Positions 13,307 through 27,366 of a DNA stretch of 64,000 nt are shown here, piece by piece. Made by a program: the position numbers and the translations under genes. A model generated the notes under the pieces. It did not search any database and was not told the DNA's origin. It worked only from the letters and a program-made list of their open reading frames with translations. This DNA is from Octopus sinensis (lineage: Eukaryota). How positions within the stretch are numbered: position 1 is the stretch's first letter; every line of letters begins with the position of its first letter. The stretch is taken from the NCBI RefSeq assembly GCF_006345805.1, contig NC_043004.1, positions 12,400,001 to 12,464,000 of the forward strand. The letters run 5' to 3'.

Positions 13307-14600
13307 GTGGGGTGGTGGTGGTGGTGGTGATGGTGATGATGGTGGTGGCGATGATGATGATGGTGATAATAATCATGTTGACGATGATGAGCGAAAATTC
13401 CAACATCCGATCTTTTAAACATGATGCAAACCAATACCAATTGATTTCCATACTCAAGAAACTAAACTGAAATGCACATAACAAAAAAAGAAGCGAAAAC
13501 ATGCCACAAAGAACATAAATCACAGGCACACACATGCATACACGCACACGCACACACACAGACACACACATATACACACACACACACACACACGCATATA
13601 TGACATGCTAATAACGGAATCAACTTGAAGAATGGCTATCAATAACTCCAGTGCCACAGAATCTTACATGGATGAACTACTATCATGTCATAAAGATGGA
13701 GAGAAGGGAGATAGCGGAAGGGGGGGGGGGCAGAGAAAGAGACACACACCGAGGGGGAGAGACAGAGAGGGAGAGACAGAGAGCGGGAGAGAGAGAGAGA
13801 AGATGGGAGGGATAGAAGGGCAAAGGAAAAGAGACAGAGAAAGAACGGATTGAGAGAGAGAGAGGGAGAGGGAGAGAGTTGGAGACTATGTCGTACAGAG
13901 GAATAAAAGACTCATACATGCACATACATACACACATAAATACATATATACACAAATACGTACAAACATATACATACAAACATACATACATTCATACATA
14001 CATACACATACATACATGCATACATACACGCATAGACACATACATACACACACATACACATACATGCATATACACGAACATACATACACACATACATACA
14101 CACGCACATACATAGATACACACATACGTACACACACATACATACACATAGATACATTCATACACATAAATAGATACATATATACACACATACGTACACG
14201 CACATACATATATACATACATACATACATGCATACACACATACATACATACACACACAGACATACATACATACCCACACACTTACACACATACATTCACA
14301 CATACATACATACACACACTTCCATACATACATACATACACACACACAATTACATACATATATACACATATACAAACATACATACGTACAAATAAGCGTT
14401 ATTGTTCACAGGTAATAAGATACATTAAGAAAAGAAAGAACGAAAGAACAGAAAAAAAAAACAAACAAACGAAATGTCGAACAGACCACAGAAGATTCAG
14501 GCAATGGTTTAGAAAAATGGCAAATAAATCACATATGCTATGTCACTTGCCAATGTTATATGTGAATACACAAGAAGAATACGACGCACGAGTGCAAAAA

Positions 14601-14631
<31 letters not shown>

Positions 14632-14676
14632 TGTATGTATGATGTTGTGCCATATGTATATGTGAATATATATATA

Positions 14677-14714
<38 letters not shown>

Positions 14715-14724
14715 TATATATACA

Positions 14725-14954
14725 TGGCTGTGTGGTAAGTAGCTTGCTTACCAACACCATGGTTCCGGGTTCAGTCCCATTGCGTGGCGTCTTGGGCAAA
14801 TATCTTCTAATAAAGCCTCGGACCGACCAAAGCCCTGTGAGTGGATTTGGTTGACGGAAACTGAAAGAAAGCCGTCGTATATGTGTATATATATATATAC
14901 ATATATATATGTGGTGTGTGTGTGTATATATGCATGTATAAATATAAATGTTAT

Positions 14955-14987
<33 letters not shown>

Positions 14988-15012
14988 TATATATTACATA
15001 TAATATATATAT

Positions 15013-15043
<31 letters not shown>

Positions 15044-15283
15044 GTAGGTATATGTATGTGTTTGTTTAAGTTTCTGTGTCTGTGTTTGTGCTCCCATCAT
15101 CGCTTGACAACCGATGCTAGTGCGTTTACGTCCCTGTAACTTAGCGGGTCTCCAAAAGAGGCCGATAGCATAAATACTAGGCTTACAAAGAATAAATCTT
15201 GTGGTGGATTTGATCGACTAATGGTGGTGCTCCAGTATCGCCGCAGTCAAACGAGTGAAGCCATAAAAGAATAAAAGAATAAA
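14725..15283 (+). mobile_element. Full-length OR-like tRNA-derived SINE with internal (TA/TG)n
   Basis: Pol III A-box-like tggctgtgtggtaag, B-box-like ggttcagtccc, internal microsatellite, tail gccgcagtcaaacgagtgaag and (taaaaga)n. Confidence 0.9.
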
Positions 15284-15359
15284 AAAATATATATATATAT
15301 AAATCGAAATATTAATATTTCTAAATCTTTCTAAAGGAGCCTACGGCAGTGGTACTGAA

Positions 15360-15832
15360 TATTAATAGCTATCGCCAAGCTAACATGGCAGTCCAGAAAA
15401 ATAGGACGAATGCTGCTGTTGATTAGCTCCAAGAGGGCATCGCCTCTAGCTATCTATGTGGCACACAAACCTGTGTCTATTATAACCTTCGAGCAGGGGA
15501 GGTCAGCAGCTTCCCCTTGCTGGTTCAACATCCACAGTCTAGTTTCGGGGTTGTTGCCACTTATCAATGTGGAGTAGCCTAACCTAGCAGGCTTCGCTGC
15601 TGACCGTCTGTCTGTTCGAAGGTTTATTTACCTATATTCAGTGGAATACCCCGAACCTAGTCTGTGGATGTTGAACCAACAAGGGGAAGCTGCTGACCTC
15701 CCCTGCTCGAAGGTTATAATAGACACAGATTTGTGTGTCACATAGCTAGCGAGAGTCGATGGTCTCTTGGAGCTAATCAACGGCAGCATTCGTCCTATTT
15801 TTCTGGACTGCCATGTTAACTTGCCGATACTA

Positions 15833-15838
<6 letters not shown>
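15360..15838. mobile_element. MITE with ~190-bp terminal inverted repeats
   Basis: 15360-15551 pairs with 15648-15838 with few mismatches; ~95-bp non-coding spacer; TA at both boundaries. Confidence 0.9.
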
Positions 15839-15900
<62 letters not shown>

Positions 15901-15902
15901 GC

Positions 15903-15936
<34 letters not shown>

Positions 15937-16419
15937 GTATGCATAGGTGTGTTTGTGTGTATGTGTGCGTTTGTGTATGAGTGAGTATACATACACATAG
16001 AAGCATATAAAAATATATTATATGTGTACACGTATATATGTAGTATAAACGCATGCATACACATATACGTATATATGTGTATATGGATGCATATTTACGC
16101 GTATATGTAGGAATATATAAACCCATGTATGTATCCATATATACACATAGGTACGCATTTATGGAAATCTATTTCGAAATATATGCTTTTATGCATATGT
16201 GTATGTATGCGCCTGTGTGTGTGTGTGGCTGTGAATGCGTGTGTGTGCCTGCGTGCGTGTGTGTACATATATATGTATATACAGGTAGACAGGTAGAGAG
16301 ATAAATACACATATACACAGATAGATGCATAATATATACATGCACACATAGATGCATACACACATATATACGTACATAGATACATACACAGAGGCATACA
16401 TGCATACATCTGTATATAT

Positions 16420-19388
16420 ATTTAAATATATATGCGCATGTCTAGATATGCAACTATATGCATGAGAATACATACAGGCATAAAGCAAAACATAAATTTG
16501 CACATATGCGTACATACACACATACATACATACACACATACATACATACATACATACATACATACATACACACATACATACATACATACATACATACATA
16601 CATACATACACACATACATACATACATACATACTACATACATACATACATACATACATACACCTACATACATACATACATACATACATACATACATACCA
16701 CATACATACATACATACATACATACACAAATACATACATACATACATACATACATACATACACATACATACATACACACATACAAACATACAATACATAC
16801 ATACCACATACATACATACACACATACATACATACATACATACATACATACATACACACATACATACACATACACACATACATACATACATACATACATA
16901 CATACATAATACATACACACATACATACATACATACATACATACATACACACATGCATACATACATACATACATACATACACCCATACATACAACATACA
17001 TACATCATACATACATACATACATACATACACACATACATACATACATACATCATACATACATACATACACACATACATACATACATACATACATACATA
17101 CATACATACACACATACATACATACATACATACATACATACATACATACATACATACATACACACATACATACATACATACATACATACACACATACATA
17201 CATACACACATACATACATACATACATACATACATACATACATACACACATACATACATACACACTACATACATACATACATACATACATACATACACCA
17301 CACTACATACATACATACATACATACATACACACATGCATACATACATACATACATACATACATACACACATACATACATACCACATACATACATACATA
17401 CATACATACATACACACATACATACATACATACATACATCACACATACATACATACATACATACATACATACACACATACATCATACATACATACATACA
17501 CACATACATACATACCACATACATACATACATACATACATACCAATACATACATACATACATACATATTACATACATACACACATACATACACACATCAT
17601 ACATACATACATACATACATACATAATACATACATACATACACACATACATACACACATACATACACACATACATACACACATACATACACACATACATA
17701 CATACATACATACATACATACACACATATACATACACACATATACATACATACATACATACATACATACATACATACACACATACATACATACATACATA
17801 CATACACACATACATACATACATACATACATACATACATACATACATACATACATACATACATACATACATACATACACACATACACACATACATACATA
17901 CATACATACATACATACATACACACATACATACATACACACATACATACATACATACATACATACATACATACATACATACATACATACACACATACATA
18001 CATACATACAACATACATACATACATACATACATACATACATACACACATACATACATACATACATACATACATACATACATACATACATACACACATAC
18101 ATACATACATACATACATACATACATACATACCACACACATACATACATACATACATACATACATACACACATACATACATACATACATACATAACATAC
18201 ATACATACATACATACATACATACATACATACATACATACATACACACATACATACATACATACATACATACATACACACATACATCATACACCATACAT
18301 ACATAACATATACATACACAATACATACATACATACATCACACATGCATACATACATACATACATCATCATACATACACACATACATACATACATACATA
18401 CATACATACACACATACATACAACACCCATACATACTACATACATACATACATACATACATACATACATACACACATACATACATACATACATACATACA
18501 TACATACACACATACATAACAACATACACACATACATACATACATACATACATACATACATACACCATACACACATACATCATACATACATACATACATA
18601 CATACACACATACTATACACACATACACTACATACATACATACATACATACATACATACATACATACATACACAACATACATACATACATACATACATAC
18701 ATACATACATACATACATACATACACACATACATACATCATACATACATACATACATACATACATACATACATACACACATACATACATACATACATACA
18801 TACTACATACACCACCACATACATACATACATACATACATCACACATACATACATACATACATACATACACACATCATACATACATACATACATACATAC
18901 ATACATACATACAACATACATACATACACACATACATACATACACACATACATACATACACATACATACATACATACATACATACATACATACATACATA
19001 CATACATACATACATACACACATACATACATACCTACATACATACATACACATATACATACATACACATACATACATACATACTAAACACATACATACAT
19101 ACATACATACATACATACATACATACACACTACATACATACATACATACATACATACATACATACACACATACATACATACACACATACATACATAATAC
19201 ATACATACATACATACATACATACATACATACATACACACATACATACGTACATACATACATACATACATACATACATAAAATTACCCTGTTGTTGATGC
19301 TGAAATTCCAGTAAAGGTTCCTTGAATCTAGGTTAGAAACCGACTCCTCTATTGGCAAAAAATCTTGAAATAAAACTGAACAATAACA
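16420..19388 (+). mobile_element. 3' UTR-only copy of R4/Dong-like LINE with ~2.8-kb internal (CATA)n expansion
   Basis: Head atttaaatatatatg..catgtctaga.atg.aactatatgcatgagaatac and tail ccctgttgttgatg.tgaaattcc...ttgaaataaaactgaacaat both match 41011-41348, which directly follows the LINE stop codon. Confidence 0.8.
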
Positions 19389-19465
19389 CACACACATACA
19401 TATGCACATATATACACACATACATACCTACATTACATACATACATACACGCATACATTCATACA

Positions 19466-19580
19466 AACAAAAATACTCTGTTCTTGATGTTGAAATTCCA
19501 ATGAAGGTTCCTTGGATCTAGGTTAGAAACCGACTCCTTCGCTCTTGGCAAGAAATCTTGAAATAAAACTAAACAATGAC
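19466..19580 (+). mobile_element. Second copy of the R4-like LINE 3' tail
   Basis: aaaaatactctgttcttgatgttgaaattccaatgaaggttccttggatctaggttagaaaccgac...aaataaaactaaacaatgaca. Confidence 0.8.
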
Positions 19581-19889
19581 ATACACATATATACATACAA
19601 ACGTACGTGCATACATGTATACATACATACATACATACATACATATACATACATACGTAGTACATAATTACGTACATACATACATACATACATGCGTGAA
19701 TGCATACGCGTATCTACATACATGCATACTTTGTAGAAACCACAAATTCTCAAAGTTTTTTTTTTCTTCAAAAAGACGAATCAAGAATAAAAATAGATTC
19801 GTCAATTTTTACCGTAACACACGAAACACGAAGGAGTAGACACAACAAACACTAAAGAAAACACTACATCAGTGATGTGAGCTGGAACA

Positions 19890-20640
<751 letters not shown>

Positions 20641-21329
20641 CTACCTATGTAGATGGAGGTGTATGTATGTGTGCGTATGTATATGTTACATACATACATA
20701 TACATGCATACACACACATACTTGACATCGAATAAATTAAACAAAGAGTTTTCAAAAGTTCTGATCATAAATAAACGAAAACAAAAAAAGCATATATATA
20801 AAAGAATAAAAGAAAGGTTGAAAAGAACTGCGATAAAACACCCAGCAGACGACGAGTAAGAAAGAATTGTTGGTTCAAAACCTGACTAAGGCAATTCCAA
20901 GAGATAACATATTCCACAGTGTTATTAAATGCTATAGTTTCTTTCCAAACAACTTGTAGATTTATGTGCTACGAGCAAAACGCCCTGCCCCAGTCCAATG
21001 GACGGTGCTTAGTTGTCAAACGTTTAAACCAAATTTTCTCAAAACAACTTGTCCGACCGTCCCATAGGCCTCCCCCTTGAGAAACACTGATTGAGCCTAA
21101 ATTTGAAACACCAGCAAAAGGAGAAATAAAGATAGACTTTTATTCTATTCCAAAGAAAAACGATTTTATTCACACAAATATGCAACCGAAGAGTTTAAAG
21201 TACCAGTAATGATAAGCCTGTTGACTGGGAGAACGCAAACATGGTTTAAACAGTAAGCTTGGCAGGAAAGAAACGTGCCTTTCAGCAGTACAAAAACAAC
21301 AAAAAATGGAAGGTGCAGTTATGTACAGG

Positions 21330-21529
21330 TTGACAGAAGAAAAGCAGGACAAAAACGGCTTTATCGATCGCATTCTCACCTGGAATCGATTTTTGTAATT
21401 TTTTCAAGACTTATACACGCCCTGATACCGTCGGTATCTACATATCAAATTTGAGCGCAATTGGATGGAGGATGCCCGAGATCCTAGAAGACACACACAC
21501 ACACACAGAACGGATTTTATATAATAGAT
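21330..21529 (-). mobile_element. 5' terminal part of a non-autonomous Helitron-like element
   Basis: Minus strand begins a|tctattatataaaatccgttctgtgtgtgtg..., the TC-start plus microsatellite layout of Lep1/DINE-type Helitrons; 3' end not located. Confidence 0.5.
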
Positions 21530-22243
21530 TTTATAAAAGCATCGCATCTCAGAAACTAGCAGGCCTGCGCAGGTGACGGCTAGTGTCGGGAGAAAATGCG
21601 ACTCTGTTTTGGAGGCTTTTCTCTTGTCGGTTTAACGGCGCATCACTGTTTGGTATGAAGCCCTGCTTGCCACATGATATCGAAATGAGACGATTGCTTG
21701 CAGCTGAGCTGTTTGGGCACTGACGATGATATGGAATGGTTGACTGTTGGACTGTAGGGAATTAAGCCTGTTTCGGCGCTTGATGGAATCGCCCATACGT
21801 GCGTGCGTTATTATACACACTCATAGAACGAGAGGGGAGAGAGAGGGTGTGTGTAAGAGAGATTACACAAACATGCAAGCATAACTAGATGCTCACACAC
21901 ATAAACAGAGAGAGAGAGGGGAGAGAGGGACAGACATCGATAGAGAGAGACACAGAGAAAGAGAGAAAGAGGAAGAGACAGACAGACAAGCAGGTAGTCA
22001 GACAGAGAGAGAAAGAGAGAGAGAAAGAGATAAGGAGAAAGAGAGGGAGAGACAGAGAAAGAAAGATTAAAAGGTCAGCCTCGAATCAACGCCGTCAAAA
22101 ACGGCAGTATTAATACGGTTGTATCAAAGCGTCTCATACCCAGATCAAATTGGCTGTTAGCCTTGATTCAATGTTCTACTACTCATCGTTTTGTTTTTAA
22201 TCAAATCCAAATAGCTTGATTTCTCAACTGTGGTTTGGATATC

Positions 22244-22663
22244 GGATCTTTTCGGTTTGAACAGCAGTTTTTTAAATATAATTTCCATGTAACTAAACAC
22301 TTTTAAACTTCGTATATTAGTAGAATGTGTTTATAAAACATCTATTTCTCTTGGCTTTATTGAGAAAATTCTATAGTTTGTATATCTGTTGTTGTTTTTT
22401 CTTCAATTTCTGCAATTTCAACCAATCAATGACGTCTATAGAGTTGAAAACATTCTGTGCCGTATGAATATGTCCCTCGTTTAAGAAACAGATTAGGTTT
22501 ATTTACATTTGTGAAGAACAAAAGATACCCTTCCCCCCACCCCTAACCCTAACTAACCCTAAAACAGATTGAAATGCAATAGATCGATTCTAGGGTCATA
22601 ATTATGGGTGACAATTTCATATGACACCGCTAGAAAAAACTGCCATTCAAACCGAAAAGATTC
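22244..22663 (+). mobile_element. ~420-bp MITE with ~29-bp TIRs and an 8-bp target site duplication
   Basis: TIR ggatcttttcggtttgaacagcagttttt / aaaaactgccattcaaaccgaaaagattc; TGGATATC at 22236-22243 and 22664-22671. Confidence 0.9.
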
Positions 22664-23001
22664 TGGATATCTTTCGTGATGTTATTTGTTTTCCAATAAG
22701 TCGGCCTACCTCGACTGGAGAAGGATCAGTCTTTTAACTTGCTTCTTCACTTTTCCCAAGGAGATATTCGATCGGTTATTCTTCCGATTCACTGCAGTGT
22801 TGACAAAACCTTCTGGGAAACCTTTAGATCAATACTTCTCAAAGTGAGTGGAAAATCTGCCTGAAGTACGGTGGAATATTTTATACAAGCAATCGGCGGC
22901 TCAAAGAAATTGGTTCGGGACGATAGCTGCATCTGTACGATCTTTTTAGTCGTTCACTCCTATTTAACTGTTAACTTTTAAAGCAATGTGAAACGTAAAA
23001 T

Positions 23002-23424
23002 GGATCTTTTCGGTTTGAACGGCAGTTTTTCTAGCGGTGTCATATGAAATTGTCCCCCATAATTATGACTCTAGTATCGATCTGTTGCATTTCAATCTGT
23101 TTTAGGGTTAGGGTAAGGATTAGGGGTGGGGGGAAGGGTATCTTTTTTTTCTTCAGAAATGTAAATAAACCTAATCTGTTTCTTAAACGAGGGACATATT
23201 CATACGACACAGAATGTTTTCACCTCAATAGACGTCATTGATTGATTGAAATTGCAGAAATTGAAAAAAAAAAACAACAAATATCTTACAAACTATAGAA
23301 TTTTCTCAATAAAGCCAAGAGAAAAAGATGCTTTATAAACACATTCTACCAGTATACGAAGTTTAAAAGTGTTTAGTTACGTGGAAATTATTTTAAAAAA
23401 CTGCCGTTCAAACCGAAAAGATCC
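23002..23424 (-). mobile_element. Second copy of the same MITE in inverted orientation
   Basis: Reverse complement aligns end to end with 22244-22663 (roughly 90% by eye); no TSD seen. Confidence 0.9.
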
Positions 23425-23611
23425 ATTGCTTGTTAGCTACAATCAAAACAATAACGGCAATAACAACATTACCAATAATTAAAAGACTTCGAAATGTGAA
23501 TAACTAACGAAACAATACCAAATATATATCCTCTATAGGTTATAGTTTTCGCTTATAGTAGGTTGGTGCTGTGGTGATTAGTCACTCTGCCGAATTAGTA
23601 TTCATACCTAA

Positions 23612-24018
23612 GTAAGGCGGCAAGCTGGCAGAAACGTTAGCACGCCGGGCGAAATGCGTAGCCGTATTTTGTCTGCCGTTACGTTCTGAGTTCAAATTCT
23701 GCCGAGGTCGACTTTGCCTTTCATCCTTTCGGGGTCGATTATATAAGTACCAGTTACGCACTGGGGTCGATCTAATCGACTTAATCCGTTTGTCTGTCCT
23801 TGTTTGTCCCCTCTGGGTGTAGCTCCTTGTGGGCAGTAAAAAAATAGGTATTTCGTCTGTCTCTACGTTCTGAGTTCAAATTCCACCGAGGTCGACTTTG
23901 ACCTTCATCTTTTCGAGGTAGATAAATTAAGTACCAGTTGCGTACTGGGGTTGATCTAATAGACTTGCCCCCCCCCCTCCCACACATTTTGGGTCTTGTG
24001 CCTAGAGCAGAAAAGAGA
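23612..24018 (+). mobile_element. Full-length dimeric OK-like SINE with 12-bp TSD
   Basis: tRNA-like head ggcggcaagctggcagaaacgttagc...gagttcaaattc; second monomer from 23847; ATTCATACCTAA at 23600-23611 and 24019-24030. Confidence 0.92.
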
Positions 24019-24484
24019 ATTCATACCTAAATTTATGTTATTTTGTTAAGGTTATTTCTACAGATTATAGCCAGCACTCCCTTTTGCTACAGCGTTTCGT
24101 ATACGCCACGTCAGATGTAAACAAACAATGAAACCAAAGATGAAAAATGGGTAATGCACGTATATACCATATTTGTACCTATTATGTACCTAAATTTACC
24201 TGATAAATCAGTGGGGCTCTTAGCAAGGGAGGTTAAAAAGTGTTAATAGATGAAAAAGGTGGGTGAAAATTTAAAAGAAGTTCGAGGAGTATTGCATTGG
24301 ATCAATAAGGTTTACTCTGATCTTTTCTTACTGTATCTGGTTTCTTTTTTTTGCCATTATGGAAAAGAATCTTTCTGCAGTTGCCTTCCCAAAATGTTTC
24401 CAGTTTTCACCGTTCGTAGCAACTTATTCAAGCACAGTTCTGAACAAATGAAGGTGCTAAAATCTTTTCTAAGGTTAATTAGTC

Positions 24485-24807
24485 TGTAGGCGCAGTTGCT
24501 TCCCTTGACAGCTTGTTTGACAAGATGGCCAGAGATAGAGGGCGTTACGCAACATTAAGATTCAGACACGTGGACTCATCTCTTCCTCTTTTCTGCACTG
24601 TCATGCAAGCTGTGAGGACGCAACTAGACTGGCTCTTTCTAATACCACAGACCAGTTTGCGGATAGGAGCAGAGTACAGAAAATCATGGCCTCTACACAC
24701 CAATCATTCTATTTATCATTTCATTGTGTATATTCATGTGGCCACAATAAACGTGTTTAAAATTATCACCTTTGTTCCATGTATTTCTTTACCGGGCTGC
24801 TACCACA
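24485..24807 (+). mobile_element. Probable 5' LTR of a Ty3/Gypsy element
   Basis: Starts TGTAGG, contains AATAAA (~24747), ends ...gctaccaCA, and is followed by a tRNA-Trp PBS and integrase sequence; no partner LTR in the window. Confidence 0.5.
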
Positions 24808-24867
24808 ATAAGATTACCCTTCTGAGTGGAGTCACTTTCGATGGAACAACAACCTATCCATCTAAAG

Positions 24868-24885
24868 TGGTGACCCCGACGTGAT
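24868..24885 (+). promoter_or_regulatory. Primer-binding site complementary to the tRNA-Trp 3' end
   Basis: TGGTGACCCCGACGTGAT is the 18-nt complement of the eukaryotic tRNA-Trp 3' end (same PBS as avian sarcoma/leukosis viruses). Confidence 0.85.
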
Positions 24886-24974
24886 GTGGGCACAAAACAT
24901 CTTAAATGGTGACCCTCGACGCTGACACAGCATGGACACTTATCCTTTTAAAATGGTGACACGATACAGCACAC

Positions 24975-25190
24975 ACTACACGCCCGGCGACTTACCGTAT
25001 ACGGACCCCACATATTACGTCATGCGATTCAGGTCATTCCTTGCTGACCTGCCACTAATGCTTCCTCGTGACCAGTCTATTTCCTCTGCAACACCTCCGG
25101 ATATTTATACCAGGACTCACGTGTTTGTAAGAAATGATGCTGTCAAGAGGGCAACTGCTCCTCCAAGTCCAATTCGGTGCTTTACAGTGC
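24975..25190 (+). pseudogene. Ty3/Gypsy integrase C-terminal fragment
   Basis: DPTYYVMRFRSFLADL...PDIYTRTHVFVRNDAVKR.TAPP resembles the Gypsy THVFVRxDAVRxPLxPPYxGP(Y/F) region. Confidence 0.7.
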
Positions 25191-25408
25191 TGCAGAAATC
25201 TTTGAGAACCAAATTGTGTCTCCAAGAATACCTGTGTGGCACCAGTGCAAAGAATATATTTTAGTGCTTCTACTTTTCCGTATCACATCTGCATGTATCC
25301 TTGATACATCTTATTGTATCATTTTTCTTTTTGTATTCCTGTTAAGAGACGGCAAAATGTCATAGTACGACCGAATCGAAAGAAATTATTTCCGTATTTT
25401 GATCACAG

Positions 25409-25562
25409 GTAAACTTGATCAAAAACATGACACCGAAAGTTTTATTTCAGATGATATCGTATTACATGAAAGCTCCGATGCACAAACCATCAAAAGTGAT
25501 GTTGTCATTGATTGCTTAGCTCTGAGTCATTCCGAGAGTAGCAGATCTGTGATCAGCGGCAA
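25409..25562 (+). CDS. Candidate internal exon of an unidentified gene
   Basis: ttttgatcacAG|...|GTaagc; open frame GKLDQKHDTESFISDDIVLHESSDAQTIKSDVVIDCLALSHSESSRSVISG; ends in phase 2. Confidence 0.4.
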
Positions 25563-25716
25563 GTAAGCAAAACAGGTTACACAACAACAACAACTTTTGT
25601 CTCTCCGTGGGCAAAGAGAAAGGGGGTGGGTGGGGAGACTACATTTTTAGACTTCTATCGAAAAACGCTGTGTGGTACATTTACAAATTAATCAATTAAT
25701 TAATCAATATCATTAG

Positions 25717-25892
25717 CGTACGCACTGTTAAGCAAATTAGACAGACCAGTTTAATTGAATCCCAGTTTGTATGCACAGTCGAAAGTTATAAGCAACTACT
25801 GTCTCCATGGACATATTCTTCCTCCGATGAAGATCTACGAAGACAAGAAACTGATCGGTTCGATCTCACTTTTGCGGCCAACAGAGAGGCTA
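25717..25892 (+). CDS. Candidate next exon, phase-compatible with 25409-25562
   Basis: atcattAG| then (N)VRTVKQIRQTSLIESQFVCTVESYKQLLSPWTYSSSDEDLRRQETDRFDLTFAANREA; donor GTATCG is weak. Confidence 0.35.
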
Positions 25893-25904
25893 GTATCGTA
25901 TCCT

Positions 25905-26295
25905 TTATTTTTATTTGCTCCAGTCATTAGACTGTGGCCATGCTGGGGCACCACCCCGAAGAACTTTAAGTCGAATGAATGGATCCCAGTACTTATTTTT
26001 ACTTTTTATTTTTGTTTTTGAGCCTGACACTTATTCTATCGGATACTTTTGCCGAACTGCTATGTTATGAGGATGTAAACTCACCGACACCGGTTGACAA
26101 GCGGTGATGGGGGTCAACAACAGACACAAACACACGCAGTGGACGTGCTTCTTTCAGTTTCCAGCTGCTAAATGCACTCACAAGGGTTTGGTAAGTTCGA
26201 GGCTATAGTAGAAGACACTTTCACAAGGTGCCAAGCAGTGAGACTGAACCCAGAACCATGTGGCTGGAAAACAAAACTTCTTACCACACAACCAC
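25905..26295 (-). mobile_element. OR-like SINE
   Basis: ccagtcattagactgtggccatgctggggcacc...gactgaacccagaaccatgtgg...cttaccacacaacc. Confidence 0.85.
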
Positions 26296-26969
26296 GCTTA
26301 ATAATTTTTTTAAAGATATACTTTACATCACATTCCAACAGAATAGAACCTATAGATAAACTTCCATATTTAGTCACATATTCAATAACCTACAGATTCT
26401 GGGTAGATCTATCACTTTAATATCGATCATTGACACCTAAGATGTTCACTTTGCAAAAAACGAATCACGTGGTTTTGCTTTCAATTGAAATAAAATTTGT
26501 GATACTTTGTGCAATTGTCCTCTACTGTAAGCCCTGGTTTACCATTCTCAGTGAATGGAATTTTTATGGTAAACTGAGAAGAACCTCGTCATATATGTAC
26601 GAATGATATTTTTCTTTGAGTTTTATTCAAGTACTTCTTGAGACAGTTCAGGCCGGGAGCTAATAAAGAGACAAGACCTTTTGAATTAAAGGGGTTCCCA
26701 GTGTTTGCAAATAAGTTGTTGAGTTGTGTGCTGGTTGAATTGTCGATGCATACATCTAAATGTGTGTATCTATTCACACATTTTTGCGATGTTTTACAAA
26801 TCGTCACTGTGCCACTAACAGACTGGGCTTGGAAAATCTAGGTCTGTTTGTTTTCTCCATGAAACTGTATGTATGTATGTATGTATGTATGTATGTATGT
26901 ATGTATGTATGTATGTATCTATCTATCTATCTATCTTATCTATCTATCTATCTATCTATGCACATATGC

Positions 26970-27019
<50 letters not shown>

Positions 27020-27362
27020 CTCTTTTAATCATTTACTTGTTTCAGTCATTTCACTGCAGCCGTACTGGAGCACCGCATTTAGTCGAGCAAATCGAACCCA
27101 GGACTTGTTCTTTGTAAGCCTAGTACTTATTCTATCGGTCTCTCTTGCCGAACCGCTAAGTTACGGGGACAAATATATTAGCATCGGTTGTCAAGTGATG
27201 TTGGGGGAGGGGACAAACACAGAGACACAAACATATATACACACATACATATATACATATACATATATACGACGGGCTTCTTTCAGTTTCCGTCTACCAA
27301 ATCCACTCACAAGGCTTTGGTCGGCCCGAGACTATATTAGAAGATAACTTGCCCAAAGTGCA
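27020..27362 (-). mobile_element. OR-like SINE with truncated head
   Basis: ttgtttcagtcatttcactgcagcc...gacgggcttctttcagtttccgtctaccaaatccactcac. Confidence 0.85.
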
Positions 27363-27366
27363 AGAG

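Noticed and set aside
14725-14800. tRNA gene calls for SINE heads (also 23612, 34533, 58386)
   Set aside because: A/B boxes are present but they run into SINE bodies with tails and TSDs and lack a full cloverleaf.
16432-19297. ORFs of 587-940 aa (HTYI / MYVC repeats)
   Set aside because: Translations of (CATA)n, which lacks stops in several frames; no coding signal.
22535-22565. Interstitial telomere
   Set aside because: Only 2-3 TTAGGG-like units, and they are an internal part of a MITE.
24826-24966. Repeat-spacer pattern resembling a CRISPR array
   Set aside because: Only 3 short degenerate repeats, eukaryotic context, no cas genes; the repeat is a tRNA-Trp PBS.
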